DNA of 64,000 nucleotides from Patescibacteria group bacterium. Lineage in GTDB: Bacteria > Patescibacteriota > Minisyncoccia > 2-02-FULL-40-12 > GWA2-44-9. Where the stretch lies: positions 5,462 through 69,461 of the forward strand of contig JBBTQV010000016.1 of assembly GCA_038065515.1 (NCBI GenBank). Reading direction: 5' to 3'. The notes beneath the pieces were generated by a model. It was not told the origin of the DNA and searched no databases. It was given only the letters and a program-made list of their open reading frames with translations. The position numbers were made by a program, and so were the translations under genes. Below are positions 9,442 to 17,755 of this stretch, piece by piece. Within the stretch, counting starts at the first letter, position 1, and every line of letters begins with the position of its first letter.

Positions 9442-10353
9442 TTATACTCTCAAAAAACGGCGGATGGCGATGAGGGACGAAACTACGCCAAGGCCGATAC
9501 CGGCCGCCAGCGTCATGAGCACGATTTGGATGCCATTGCCGACAAAATATCCGATGAGCGAAACGCCCGGCATAACCAACGCGACTTTCGAGGAAACACC
9601 TGCGGCGCCGAAGTAAAACACGACCAAAGCCAGTACGCCCGCAAAGATGCCGTACAGCGACCCCTCCACCAGATACGGCGAGCGGATGTACCAATTCGAA
9701 CCTCCGACCAGCCGCATAATTTCGATTTCCGACTTCTGGTTGTAGATGGTCAGGCGGATGGTGTTAAACGCGACGAGCACCGCAATGACCGCCAAAATGA
9801 GCGTGACGATGAGCCCCCACTGCTGTGCGGATTGCGAAATGTTCTGCACGCGACCGATGACCGCCTCGTTCTCGTAGTAGTTTATTTTATCGATGGTCGT
9901 GCGCTGTTTGTGCGTCTCCAAAAAACTGACGATAGACGCGTATTGCCCCGTGTCGGTAGCTTTTACATTCAGCGATGCCTGCAACGGATTTGTTTCCAGC
10001 TCGGCAAGTGATTCCTGAATCAGCGCATCCTGTGCGTGCCGTTCTTTGAACTGCGCCAACGCTTCCTCACGGCTGACATATTGCACGCTTTTTACGGTAT
10101 TGAGTGACTCCAAATCAGTCTTCACCGTGCGGATGGCATCATCGCTTGCTTCGGCCTTAAAATAGACGCTCACATCCACTTTGGATTCAAGCGATGTCAC
10201 CATTACGCCTCCCAGAAAATTCACGGCGACCAGACCCAAAAACAGAATGAGCACCAGCGCCATAACTCCGGTGGTGCCGAAGCTGACATAGCTGTTGCGG
10301 CGGAAATTCGTCCATCCCGAGGTGACGACGCGGCGTAATTTTTCTTTCAACAT
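9442..10353 (-). CDS. ftsX: cell-division ABC transporter permease FtsX
   Basis: 4-TM topology with large extracytoplasmic loop. Overlaps ftsE stop. Confidence 0.85.
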   Translation of the reverse strand: MLKEKLRRVVTSGWTNFRRNSYVSFGTTGVMALVLILFLGLVAVNFLGGVMVTSLESKVDVSVYFKAEASDDAIRTVKTDLESLNTVKSVQYVSREEALAQFKERHAQDALIQESLAELETNPLQASLNVKATDTGQYASIVSFLETHKQRTTIDKINYYENEAVIGRVQNISQSAQQWGLIVTLILAVIAVLVAFNTIRLTIYNQKSEIEIMRLVGGSNWYIRSPYLVEGSLYGIFAGVLALVVFYFGAAGVSSKVALVMPGVSLIGYFVGNGIQIVLMTLAAGIGLGVVSSLIAIRRFLRV

Positions 10354-10356
10354 ATG

Positions 10357-11040
10357 TTAGATGATATATTTTCCGTTCTCCACCTGGTCGCGGACAATCT
10401 TCCCCTTCTCCATCGTCACAACTCTGCGGCTTAGGGAATCGACAATCTCGCGGTTGTGCGTGACCAGCACGACCGTCGTACCCAGTTCGTTGATTTTCTG
10501 CAGCAATTGTATCACATCGTGACTGTTCACTAGGTCGAGGTTGCCGGTAGGTTCATCGGCCAGAATGATGCGCGGACGGTGAATGAGCGCGCGGGCGATG
10601 GCCAGGCGTTGTTTCTCGCCGCCGGAGAGCTGGTGCGGAAAATTAGCAGCCTTGTCCGCCAGTCCGACGATTTCCAACGCCTTTGGAACATCTTCTTTAA
10701 TACGGCTGGTCGGAGCCCCCACGACTTCCAGTGCGAATGAGACATTTTCAAACGCGTTCTTTGCCGTCAGAAGCTTGAAATCCTGAAAAATAGTGCCGAT
10801 TTTCCGACGCAGAAGCGGAATGTCATCGTTGGACAGCGCGGCGAGATTGACTCCGTCGATGAGCACCTCTCCCGATGTCGGTTTCTGCTCGCGGGTCAGC
10901 ACGCGTAACAGCGTGCTCTTACCGGCGCCTGCCGGTCCCACGATGGAAACAAACTCCCCTTTTTCAATATGCAAATCAATTTCGTGCAAAGCTACGAAAT
11001 GGTCATCGTATACGCTGGAAATTTGTTTGAGCTCTATCAT
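10357..11040 (-). CDS. ftsE: cell-division ATP-binding protein FtsE
   Basis: Walker [10 protein letters not shown], signature LSGGEKQR, Walker [12 protein letters not shown]. Confidence 0.9.
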   Translation of the reverse strand: MIELKQISSVYDDHFVALHEIDLHIEKGEFVSIVGPAGAGKSTLLRVLTREQKPTSGEVLIDGVNLAALSNDDIPLLRRKIGTIFQDFKLLTAKNAFENVSFALEVVGAPTSRIKEDVPKALEIVGLADKAANFPHQLSGGEKQRLAIARALIHRPRIILADEPTGNLDLVNSHDVIQLLQKINELGTTVVLVTHNREIVDSLSRRVVTMEKGKIVRDQVENGKYII

Positions 11041-11765
11041 GAAAGAATGAATTTCGAAAGGTCGCCTTCGAGCACTTTCTCGGGCTGGGATGATTTCACG
11101 CCGGTGCGGTGATCTTTCACCATCTGGTACGGATGTAGCACATAACTGCGGATCTGACTCCCCCAGTCCACTGACCCTGATTTCAGTTCCGGTTTGAGCT
11201 GGCTCAACTCGGATACTTTTGACTGCTCCATGAGCACCGCCAACCGTGAGGTCAGAAGTGTCAACGCCTTTTCTTTGTTCTGCGCCTGACTCCGTTCGGT
11301 CTGCCCGACGACGGTGAGCCCGGTCGGTTTATGACGGACACGAACCGCCGTTTCCACCTTGTTCACATTCTGACCGCCCTTGCCCCCGGAGCGAAAAGTC
11401 TCGTACTCCAGATCCTGGGGATTCAACGCGAAATCCTTCGCAAGAACAATCGGCATGATCTGCACCAGCGCAAACGATGTATGCCGGAGTCCTTTTGCGG
11501 AGAACGGACTCATACGCACGAGCCGGTGCACGCCACCCTCCCCCTTCAGTGTATCATACACCGCCGGTCCGACCACTTCATACGATGCACTCTTGATGCC
11601 TTTCTGTTCCCCGAGCGATTCGTCGAGCATCGTGAATTTCCAACCGCGGGAAGCGGCGTACCGCTGATACATGCGCGCCAACATGGACGCCCAATCCTGG
11701 GCATCCACCCCCCCGGCTCCCGCGAACACGGAGAGCACGGCCTTATTTGGTTCATAGGTAAACAC
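11037..11765 (-). CDS. prfB: peptide chain release factor 2, lacking N-terminal domain 1
   Basis: SPF tripeptide (RMSPFSAK), GGQ motif ([10 protein letters not shown]), [11 protein letters not shown]. Alignment to RF2 begins near E. coli residue ~115. GTG start. Only ~50 bp separate it from the upstream gene. No CTT-TGA-C frameshift site. Confidence 0.8.
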   Translation of the reverse strand: MFTYEPNKAVLSVFAGAGGVDAQDWASMLARMYQRYAASRGWKFTMLDESLGEQKGIKSASYEVVGPAVYDTLKGEGGVHRLVRMSPFSAKGLRHTSFALVQIMPIVLAKDFALNPQDLEYETFRSGGKGGQNVNKVETAVRVRHKPTGLTVVGQTERSQAQNKEKALTLLTSRLAVLMEQSKVSELSQLKPELKSGSVDWGSQIRSYVLHPYQMVKDHRTGVKSSQPEKVLEGDLSKFILS

Positions 11766-11816
11766 GCCTCTGCATCGTACAAAAAATGAGCTCTTCTGTA
11801 CAGAAACAGACCATCG

Positions 11817-12953
11817 CTAACCAAAGGTAAAGGTAAACGCTTCAAGTCCTGGCTTCAGAATTCTGAATTCAATGATATGGGCTTCTGATCGATCGCCTTG
11901 AATGATTTTGTAGAGGCGCGCTTCTTTAATTTTCACAAATGTTTTTCCATCAGAATTTTTGACGATATCCGCTCCCGCTTCGGAGCCAAGGGGCTCTCCA
12001 TCGCGAAGAACCTCAACGACTATTTCGTTGTCTGCTTGAGAAACAAAGAAGACATCTTTTGCGTTGTATTTGTATACAATGCCGGCATTCGGTGAGCCAT
12101 TTTGAGCGGATTCATTTGCAATATTCCAATCACCGGAAAGATACAAAGTATCGGGATTGATTTTGGCGGGGGCGATGAGACTCTTCTGATCTCCGACGAC
12201 ACCGCGTGTCCCATTTCCAAAAAATTGATTGCGGGTAGCGCCAAAATATGTTTCAGGACTTTTGGGGCCGCCCTGAACGGGGATCTCTTTTGTTATCGCT
12301 TTGTCAATCGTCCCATCTTCGCCGAGAATAGCCATCCGCTCTCCCAACGCTTCTTGAATCTTTTGCTCCGTTTCCTCGTATTGCCCTTCTCCGATGTGGT
12401 CATAGACGACATAGCCGTCGATATCAATGAGGTATTTCCTTGGCCAATATTGATTCTTATATGCGGTCCAGGTCGAATAATCGTTATCGAGTACGACCGG
12501 AAACTTGATGCCAAATTTTTCTACCGCCGCTTTGACATTATTGTAATCTTTTTCAAATCCAAATTCCGGAGTATGGATACCGATGATAACGAAACCCTTG
12601 TCTTTATATTTTTCATACCACGCGTTCAGATAAGGCGTTGTTCGCTGGCAGTTGATACAGCTGTATGTCCAGAAATCAATGAGGATAACTTTTTTCCCGA
12701 TAAGACTATTGATGGCGATTGCCTTCCCGTCCGTATTTATATAGCCATCGGGAGTAGTGATTTCTTTGGCTAACTCATAGCGTTTTGATTTCTCTTCTTT
12801 TTTCGTCCCGCTTTGCTCGGAAGACATTCTCGGAACAACCGATATGGCCTCGTCCGATCCTTTTTTGCTTACGCTATTCGCATTGATAAAATCAATCACC
12901 CCCGCAATAACAATGATAGTCGCAATGAGAATGTATGGTTTTGAGACTTTCAT
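11817..12953 (-). CDS. membrane-anchored thioredoxin-fold thiol:disulfide oxidoreductase (TlpA/ResA-like) with extra C-terminal domain
   Basis: N-terminal TM helix. FWTYSCINCQ (WxxxCxxC redoxin motif). ~200-aa C-terminal domain of unknown fold. Lower GC than surroundings. Confidence 0.65.
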   Translation of the reverse strand: MKVSKPYILIATIIVIAGVIDFINANSVSKKGSDEAISVVPRMSSEQSGTKKEEKSKRYELAKEITTPDGYINTDGKAIAINSLIGKKVILIDFWTYSCINCQRTTPYLNAWYEKYKDKGFVIIGIHTPEFGFEKDYNNVKAAVEKFGIKFPVVLDNDYSTWTAYKNQYWPRKYLIDIDGYVVYDHIGEGQYEETEQKIQEALGERMAILGEDGTIDKAITKEIPVQGGPKSPETYFGATRNQFFGNGTRGVVGDQKSLIAPAKINPDTLYLSGDWNIANESAQNGSPNAGIVYKYNAKDVFFVSQADNEIVVEVLRDGEPLGSEAGADIVKNSDGKTFVKIKEARLYKIIQGDRSEAHIIEFRILKPGLEAFTFTFG

Positions 12954-13661
12954 TTATTTGAGGAGTATGTCGTTGAGAAATCCAACATTGGCAATCAGGG
13001 ACAGTTTTTGAGTAAATATGAGAACACCGAGAGCGAGGAGGACGACTCCGAAAACGAAATTGAGATACTTGAGTCCCGTCGCATGACGATTGATAAAGTC
13101 TGCGGCCTGACCTGTAAAGGCTCCCACAGCGAGGAATGGGATGCCCAGCCCCAACGCATAAGTAAGAAGGAGAATGAATGCCGAACCGGGTTGCGTTGCC
13201 GCAAGGCCGAGGATAACCCCTAATGCCGGGCCGACGCACGGCGTCCAACCGACGGCAAATGCCAAACCAAAGAGAAAGGAGGTGGCGTATCGGGATTTGA
13301 ATATTGTCTTTACCCCGAATTTATATTCCTTTTCCAAAAAAGGAATTTTGATGAGTCTCACCAAATAGAGACCGAAGAAGATAATCATCACTCCCCCCAT
13401 ACGAGAGAGCCATGCTTGCACATCATACGCAATCCCCTCAAGGAGCGTGTTCAGAAGCACCCCGAGTAGGGCAAAGACGACACCAAAACCGAGAACAAAG
13501 AACGCGCTGTTGATGAATATCTCTTTGCGCTTCGAACCCGTTTCGGTAGTACTTGCTCCCGCAAGATAAGCGAGAAAACCGGGAATGATGGGGAGAACAC
13601 AGGGCGCAAGAAATGAAACAAGTCCTCCTAAAAATGCACCAACAACAAGGCTTTCTGTCAT
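12954..13661 (-). CDS. ccdA: cytochrome c-type biogenesis protein CcdA (DsbD-family transmembrane electron transporter)
   Basis: LAPCVLPIIPGFLAY and TPCVGPALG conserved Cys motifs. 6 TM helices. Confidence 0.85.
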   Translation of the reverse strand: MTESLVVGAFLGGLVSFLAPCVLPIIPGFLAYLAGASTTETGSKRKEIFINSAFFVLGFGVVFALLGVLLNTLLEGIAYDVQAWLSRMGGVMIIFFGLYLVRLIKIPFLEKEYKFGVKTIFKSRYATSFLFGLAFAVGWTPCVGPALGVILGLAATQPGSAFILLLTYALGLGIPFLAVGAFTGQAADFINRHATGLKYLNFVFGVVLLALGVLIFTQKLSLIANVGFLNDILLK

Positions 13662-13664
13662 ATA

Positions 13665-14618
13665 TTATTGGGCCAAAGCCTTGTTAATCTCCATGTCATA
13701 GCGCTTGTCATCCCATCCTTCAGGTGACTTGAGAATCCTTTGGCCGTTCTTCACGAACACTTTCGTGTGTTGATAGGCCACGCCAAATTCCCTAGCCAAG
13801 TTTTTTTCGTCGACATCGGTTTGATCGTCGTTATAATTCACGCGGAAACCGATTGCTTTGTCCGTGGTCAGCTCCTTAAATACATTCTGCAGTATCGGAA
13901 ATTCGGCCCTGCAGACCGGACACCAGTTTGCATAAAAGTACAGGACAACGAGCTTGTCCGTCTTTAATGCCGCATCATAGTCGGCTTTGGCAAAATCAAG
14001 AAGCGGGGCGGTCTCGCCGGCCAAAACTGTTCCCGTATATTTTGCCATCATGGCTCCGTCTTCCTTTTTCTCCATCATCAAAGCACCCAATGTATCCCTT
14101 GACAGATCGCCACAAGATACGAATGTCTTTATTTCATCTTTTGATTTATGCGCCATCACCGCAAGAGGCAGTTTGCTGTTCAGTGTCTCTAGTGATACAT
14201 CGAGGATGGTTTCCGCTTTTCCGTTCAGCACCGCGCTTAACGGATATCCTATTGCGCCCGGGGTCGAGCATGAGCCCAAGTGGATGTGTGACGGCTGTGG
14301 AATGCCGACGGCGCCGGAAGAAATTTCAACTACCACCTTCGTCTTCCCATTCATGTCGCTTAGCGTCGCCTTACCCGTCTGACCGGAAGCGTTCAGCGCG
14401 TTCATTGCTACCACCGCGCCCTTCTTCTCCATCGCTTTCGTCGCTACCGCATCATCTTTTTTCATAGCATCTTCTGCGGGCTTACCCATTGCCTCTTCTT
14501 TGACCGGGGGCTCTTGTCGCGTTGCATAATAAGCGATCCCGCCAATTGCCACGACCACCGCGACGATTGCCATAGCGAAAGGCATCGCGAAACCTTTTTG
14601 TGAATAATTGTTTATCAT
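13665..14618 (-). CDS. membrane-anchored thioredoxin-like protein with possible CHRD-like N-terminal domain
   Basis: N-terminal TM. Central PSHIHLGSC segment (CHRD-like, tentative). C-terminal YFYANWCPVCRAEFP thioredoxin active site. Confidence 0.55.
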   Translation of the reverse strand: MINNYSQKGFAMPFAMAIVAVVVAIGGIAYYATRQEPPVKEEAMGKPAEDAMKKDDAVATKAMEKKGAVVAMNALNASGQTGKATLSDMNGKTKVVVEISSGAVGIPQPSHIHLGSCSTPGAIGYPLSAVLNGKAETILDVSLETLNSKLPLAVMAHKSKDEIKTFVSCGDLSRDTLGALMMEKKEDGAMMAKYTGTVLAGETAPLLDFAKADYDAALKTDKLVVLYFYANWCPVCRAEFPILQNVFKELTTDKAIGFRVNYNDDQTDVDEKNLAREFGVAYQHTKVFVKNGQRILKSPEGWDDKRYDMEINKALAQ

Positions 14619-14801
14619 GTTTTACATCCTACGCCCACGCAAAATCAATGTCAAGTCACCTTTACATACTAATTGTGGATAACTCTCGCGCTTACTCTTT
14701 CTTTCTCAGTTCCCAATACACGGAATTAACATAATTTCCTCGCACCACGCGATACAGTCCCAGCGAAAGCGCTTCGTCTTTTTTCATATCATCATCCGTG
14801 A

Positions 14802-15350
14802 TTATTTTTCGTTATCCTTTAGTAGTTTGGCAAACTCTTCCTTGACCTTCTGAAGTTTTGGATTAATAACGAGTTCGCAATAGGGTTGTGTCGGATTTTT
14901 CCGATAATAGTCGCGATGAGATTCTTCGGCGACATAAAATGTATCCAGCGGTTTTAATTCTGTCACCACCGGATTGCCTTCGCTGTGCGAAGCATTTATT
15001 TCCTTGATGAAGCGCTCCGCTTCGTTTTTTTGCGATTCGGTCGTATAAAGAATTATCGAACGATACTGCGTTCCGACATCCGATCCCTGCCGGTTTGGTG
15101 TTGTCGGGTCATGGCTCGCGAAGTATACCGTAAGCAAATCCCTGAATGAAATCTGTTGCGGGTCATACTCCACACGCGTCACTTCTGCATGGCCCGTCGT
15201 CCCACTGACGACTTCCTCGTAGATGGGATTCGATTTTGTCCCTCCGGCGTATCCAGGCGAGACCGCTATCACACCTTTCAATATGCTGAAAGTTGCTTCG
15301 GTGCACCAAAAACAACCCCCTCCGAATGCTATCACTTCAATTTTTCCCAT
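14802..15350 (-). CDS. msrA: peptide methionine sulfoxide reductase MsrA
   Basis: GGCFWCTE active site, GHAEVTRVEYDP. Confidence 0.9.
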   Translation of the reverse strand: MGKIEVIAFGGGCFWCTEATFSILKGVIAVSPGYAGGTKSNPIYEEVVSGTTGHAEVTRVEYDPQQISFRDLLTVYFASHDPTTPNRQGSDVGTQYRSIILYTTESQKNEAERFIKEINASHSEGNPVVTELKPLDTFYVAEESHRDYYRKNPTQPYCELVINPKLQKVKEEFAKLLKDNEK

Positions 15351-15354
15351 ATGT

Positions 15355-15633
15355 TTAATACTTAATCCGGCCGTATATACGCCCGATAATTTTTGCCAAA
15401 ATCATCGCACCAAGGGTACATACCATCCAAAAATCAAGTTCGTGCTTGAAGCTTTGGACAACAATGCCGATCACCAAAAGAGCTGCGCCAACAAGAAAAG
15501 CAATTCGACCCGCTATCATCTTATGAAGGCCCTCTCGTTCATCTCTGGAGTTTTCTTTCCAAACAAAGCTTGCGAACACGACAAACACAACAACGAGACC
15601 AAGCACCATCATCATGAAGAGCGCGCTCGGCAT
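15355..15633 (-). CDS. small 2-TM membrane protein (DUF2178-like, partner of the XRE regulator)
   Basis: Two hydrophobic helices. Immediately downstream of the HTH gene in a conserved pairing. Confidence 0.45.
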   Translation of the reverse strand: MPSALFMMMVLGLVVVFVVFASFVWKENSRDEREGLHKMIAGRIAFLVGAALLVIGIVVQSFKHELDFWMVCTLGAMILAKIIGRIYGRIKY

Positions 15634-15709
15634 CCAAAATGCGAATGGGTCTAAAAATAATACAAGCAGAACAATAAGAACTAGGGAGGTAGCGATTTCT
15701 TAAAAAAAA

Positions 15710-15922
15710 TTATTTTTCATATTTAAGGTAAAACACTTCTTCGAGTGGCCTCTTAAATAGCGCGGCAATTTTCAGAGCTAATATCACCGAAGGCGCATAA
15801 TTTCCTTTTTCGATTGCGATAATAGTCTGGCGAGTGACGCCAACCGCATCCGCCAACGCCTCCTGCGTAATGCCGGATTTTATTCGCAATTCGTAAACTT
15901 GATTCGTGATGAATTCTTTCAT
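15710..15922 (-). CDS. XRE-family helix-turn-helix transcriptional regulator
   Basis: [29 protein letters not shown] matches the Cro/C1 HTH. Confidence 0.8.
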   Translation of the reverse strand: MKEFITNQVYELRIKSGITQEALADAVGVTRQTIIAIEKGNYAPSVILALKIAALFKRPLEEVFYLKYEK

Positions 15923-16066
15923 GCATACGCCTGATAGACTGCAGTATAAGAATTAAATGTCGAGGTGTCAAATATCCTTTACATTACCGCAGCCCCGCTC
16001 ATACGAGGTTGCGTCTTCATGAGCCACCTCCCAGATTTGCACTGGGGACAGATATTTACCTACTGG

Positions 16067-16138
16067 GAGCCGACCCCGGGACTTGAACCCGGAACCCTTC
16101 GCTTACGATGCGAATGCTCTACCATTGAGCTAGGTCGG
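16067..16138 (-). tRNA. tRNA-Thr (anticodon CGT)
   Basis: Manual fold: acceptor GCCGACC/GGTCGGC, D-arm GCTC-AATGGTA-GAGC, anticodon loop ATCGTAA, T-arm CCGGG-TTCAAGT-CCCGG. CCA not encoded. Confidence 0.8.
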
Positions 16139-16143
16139 CATCT

Positions 16144-16587
16144 CTATGCCTTCATTGCGCGAGCCTCTTTGGCCCTCTTGCTCAACACACGAATCCTTTG
16201 ACTATTGCCGCGATTTAATCCCGCATATGTTGGGGTCAGTGCGTCACAATTCGGACACAGCAGTCGCAGATTACCCTCAACATTATTACGCCAGTTCCCG
16301 TCAATATGATCCGCAACTACTGGAACGACACCCGCGCTAGGATTTATCTCAGACCACCCACACAAGCAACACCGGTTGTTATATTTTTCTCGCAAGTATT
16401 TTTTGACATATCTCGAAACTAAACCCAACGACATGAGACCACTTTCTTCGCCATCTCTCCACCTTTGGATATACGAACGGTACTGATGTTCTGCTTGGCA
16501 AGCATTACTACAATATTTGCCATCCGCTTCTCTCACTTCTTTAGAACAAACAGGACAGTGTGCACGAGGCTTCTTTGGGTACGACAT
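16144..16587 (-). CDS. HNH endonuclease with N-terminal zinc-ribbon
   Basis: HIDGNWRNNVEGNLRLLCPNCD (HNH). CPVCSK...CSNAC Cys pairs. Sits between two tRNA genes on the same strand. Confidence 0.7.
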   Translation of the reverse strand: MSYPKKPRAHCPVCSKEVREADGKYCSNACQAEHQYRSYIQRWRDGEESGLMSLGLVSRYVKKYLREKYNNRCCLCGWSEINPSAGVVPVVADHIDGNWRNNVEGNLRLLCPNCDALTPTYAGLNRGNSQRIRVLSKRAKEARAMKA

Positions 16588-16665
16588 ATCCCATCATACC
16601 AACCCGGTAACCATTGTACAGCCAGACAGTGGTACCTAGCATGCATAACGATTTACCATCGAAGA

Positions 16666-16735
16666 GCGGATGACGGGAATCGAACCCGTGTCTCAACCTT
16701 GGGAAGGTCGCGTTCTACCATTGAACCACACCCGC
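16666..16735 (-). tRNA. tRNA-Gly (anticodon CCC)
   Basis: Manual fold: acceptor GCGGGTG/CATCCGC (one G-U), D-arm GTTC-AATGGTA-GAAC, anticodon loop TTCCCAA, T-arm ACGGG-TTCGATT-CCCGT. Confidence 0.8.
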
Positions 16736-16740
16736 AGACC

Positions 16741-17109
16741 CTATTTCCCCCGCACCCAATCGAGCCATTTGCGCCAGCTGGCCCGAGCGTCCCCTTCAGA
16801 CGCTTGCGGCTTGACTATTGTACCAGCTTTTTCGGATTTGTACACGAATACGACCGTTTCACCAGGCAGTTTGTAGTTCAGGCGTTGGCGAGCAAGTAAT
16901 GCCAGCCATTGGGGTTGTTGCATGCGCTGAACTTCCGATGCGAGGCGCGCATTCTCTTTCTGTGCATCTTCAATGCGTGCTTCCAATGCGCTCAATTGGG
17001 ATGCCGCACTGTACCGACGGATGCCGGCCGACACCACCAGCACCGCAAGCCACAGCATGAATGCCGTCAGCGCTACCGTCGTCAGTTTTGAGCGGAAAAG
17101 TGAGTGCAT
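16741..17109 (-). CDS. ftsB: septum formation initiator (FtsB/DivIC family)
   Basis: N-terminal TM, then coiled coil LSALEARIEDAQKENARLASEVQRMQ and LNYKLPGE. Confidence 0.6.
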   Translation of the reverse strand: MHSLFRSKLTTVALTAFMLWLAVLVVSAGIRRYSAASQLSALEARIEDAQKENARLASEVQRMQQPQWLALLARQRLNYKLPGETVVFVYKSEKAGTIVKPQASEGDARASWRKWLDWVRGK

Positions 17110-17257
17110 ACAATTGTCAGGATGCGTTTTCCGCGTTACAGTGAGATTCTATGGCACTGGAAAAACGAACAATGAGAATCCTGACTATCGGAGTCGCAGT
17201 CGTCACCATTCTCGGGATGATTGCGTTCTTGCTCATCCCATTATTTGTGTAGAGCCT

Positions 17258-17743
17258 CTATTGCACAACAATGGTACCGCGCATGGTCGGATGTATATTG
17301 CAGCGGTACTCGTATGTGCCGGGAGCCATATTTGCCGTTTCAAGATCCCACGATGCATTTTGTGGCATTGAACCGCTTTCGAATTTTCCCGTCAGCGATG
17401 TCACGGTATGGTTTGAGGAGTCGAGGTTCGTAAACTGGATCAGATCCCCTTTCTTGACCGTAAGAGTCGTCGGAACGAACGCAAAATTCTGGATGACAAC
17501 TGTGTAAAATTTCACTTCGTTTACAATAAGCCCCGGCGTCGGTGAAGCCGAAACGGGCGTTCCCAGCGGCGTGCGGGAAGGAGTCGGACTGGGAGTTGCG
17601 CTAGGCGCCGGAGAGACTGAACCCACTGCCGATGGTGTCGGCGACACATCTGCGGGAGCATTCGCTCTCTGCTTGCCCCGGTAATACCAAGCTCCTGCGC
17701 TAATAATTGCAGCTACCGCGATAAAAATGAGTAATTTTTTCAT
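17258..17743 (-). CDS. membrane-anchored cupredoxin (type-1 blue copper protein, amicyanin/pseudoazurin-like) with Ser/Pro/Thr-rich linker
   Basis: Signal anchor, then SPTPSAVGSVSPAPSATPSPTPS linker. Copper ligands H...C-x2-H-x2-M in YEYRCNIHPTMRGTIVV. Confidence 0.75.
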   Translation of the reverse strand: MKKLLIFIAVAAIISAGAWYYRGKQRANAPADVSPTPSAVGSVSPAPSATPSPTPSRTPLGTPVSASPTPGLIVNEVKFYTVVIQNFAFVPTTLTVKKGDLIQFTNLDSSNHTVTSLTGKFESGSMPQNASWDLETANMAPGTYEYRCNIHPTMRGTIVVQ

Positions 17744-17755
17744 GCCGTTATTGTA

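Noticed and set aside
11766-11816. Possible programmed +1 frameshift or N-terminal exon for RF2
   Set aside because: No CTT-TGA-C motif, and only ~50 nt of non-coding sequence before an unrelated gene's stop. The truncation appears genuine (reported as a finding instead).
14705-14787. 27-codon minus-strand mini-ORF (MKKDEALSLGLYRVVRGNYVNSVYWELRKKE) upstream of msrA
   Set aside because: No RBS and no recognisable features. It lies in a likely promoter/UTR region. Too weak to call.
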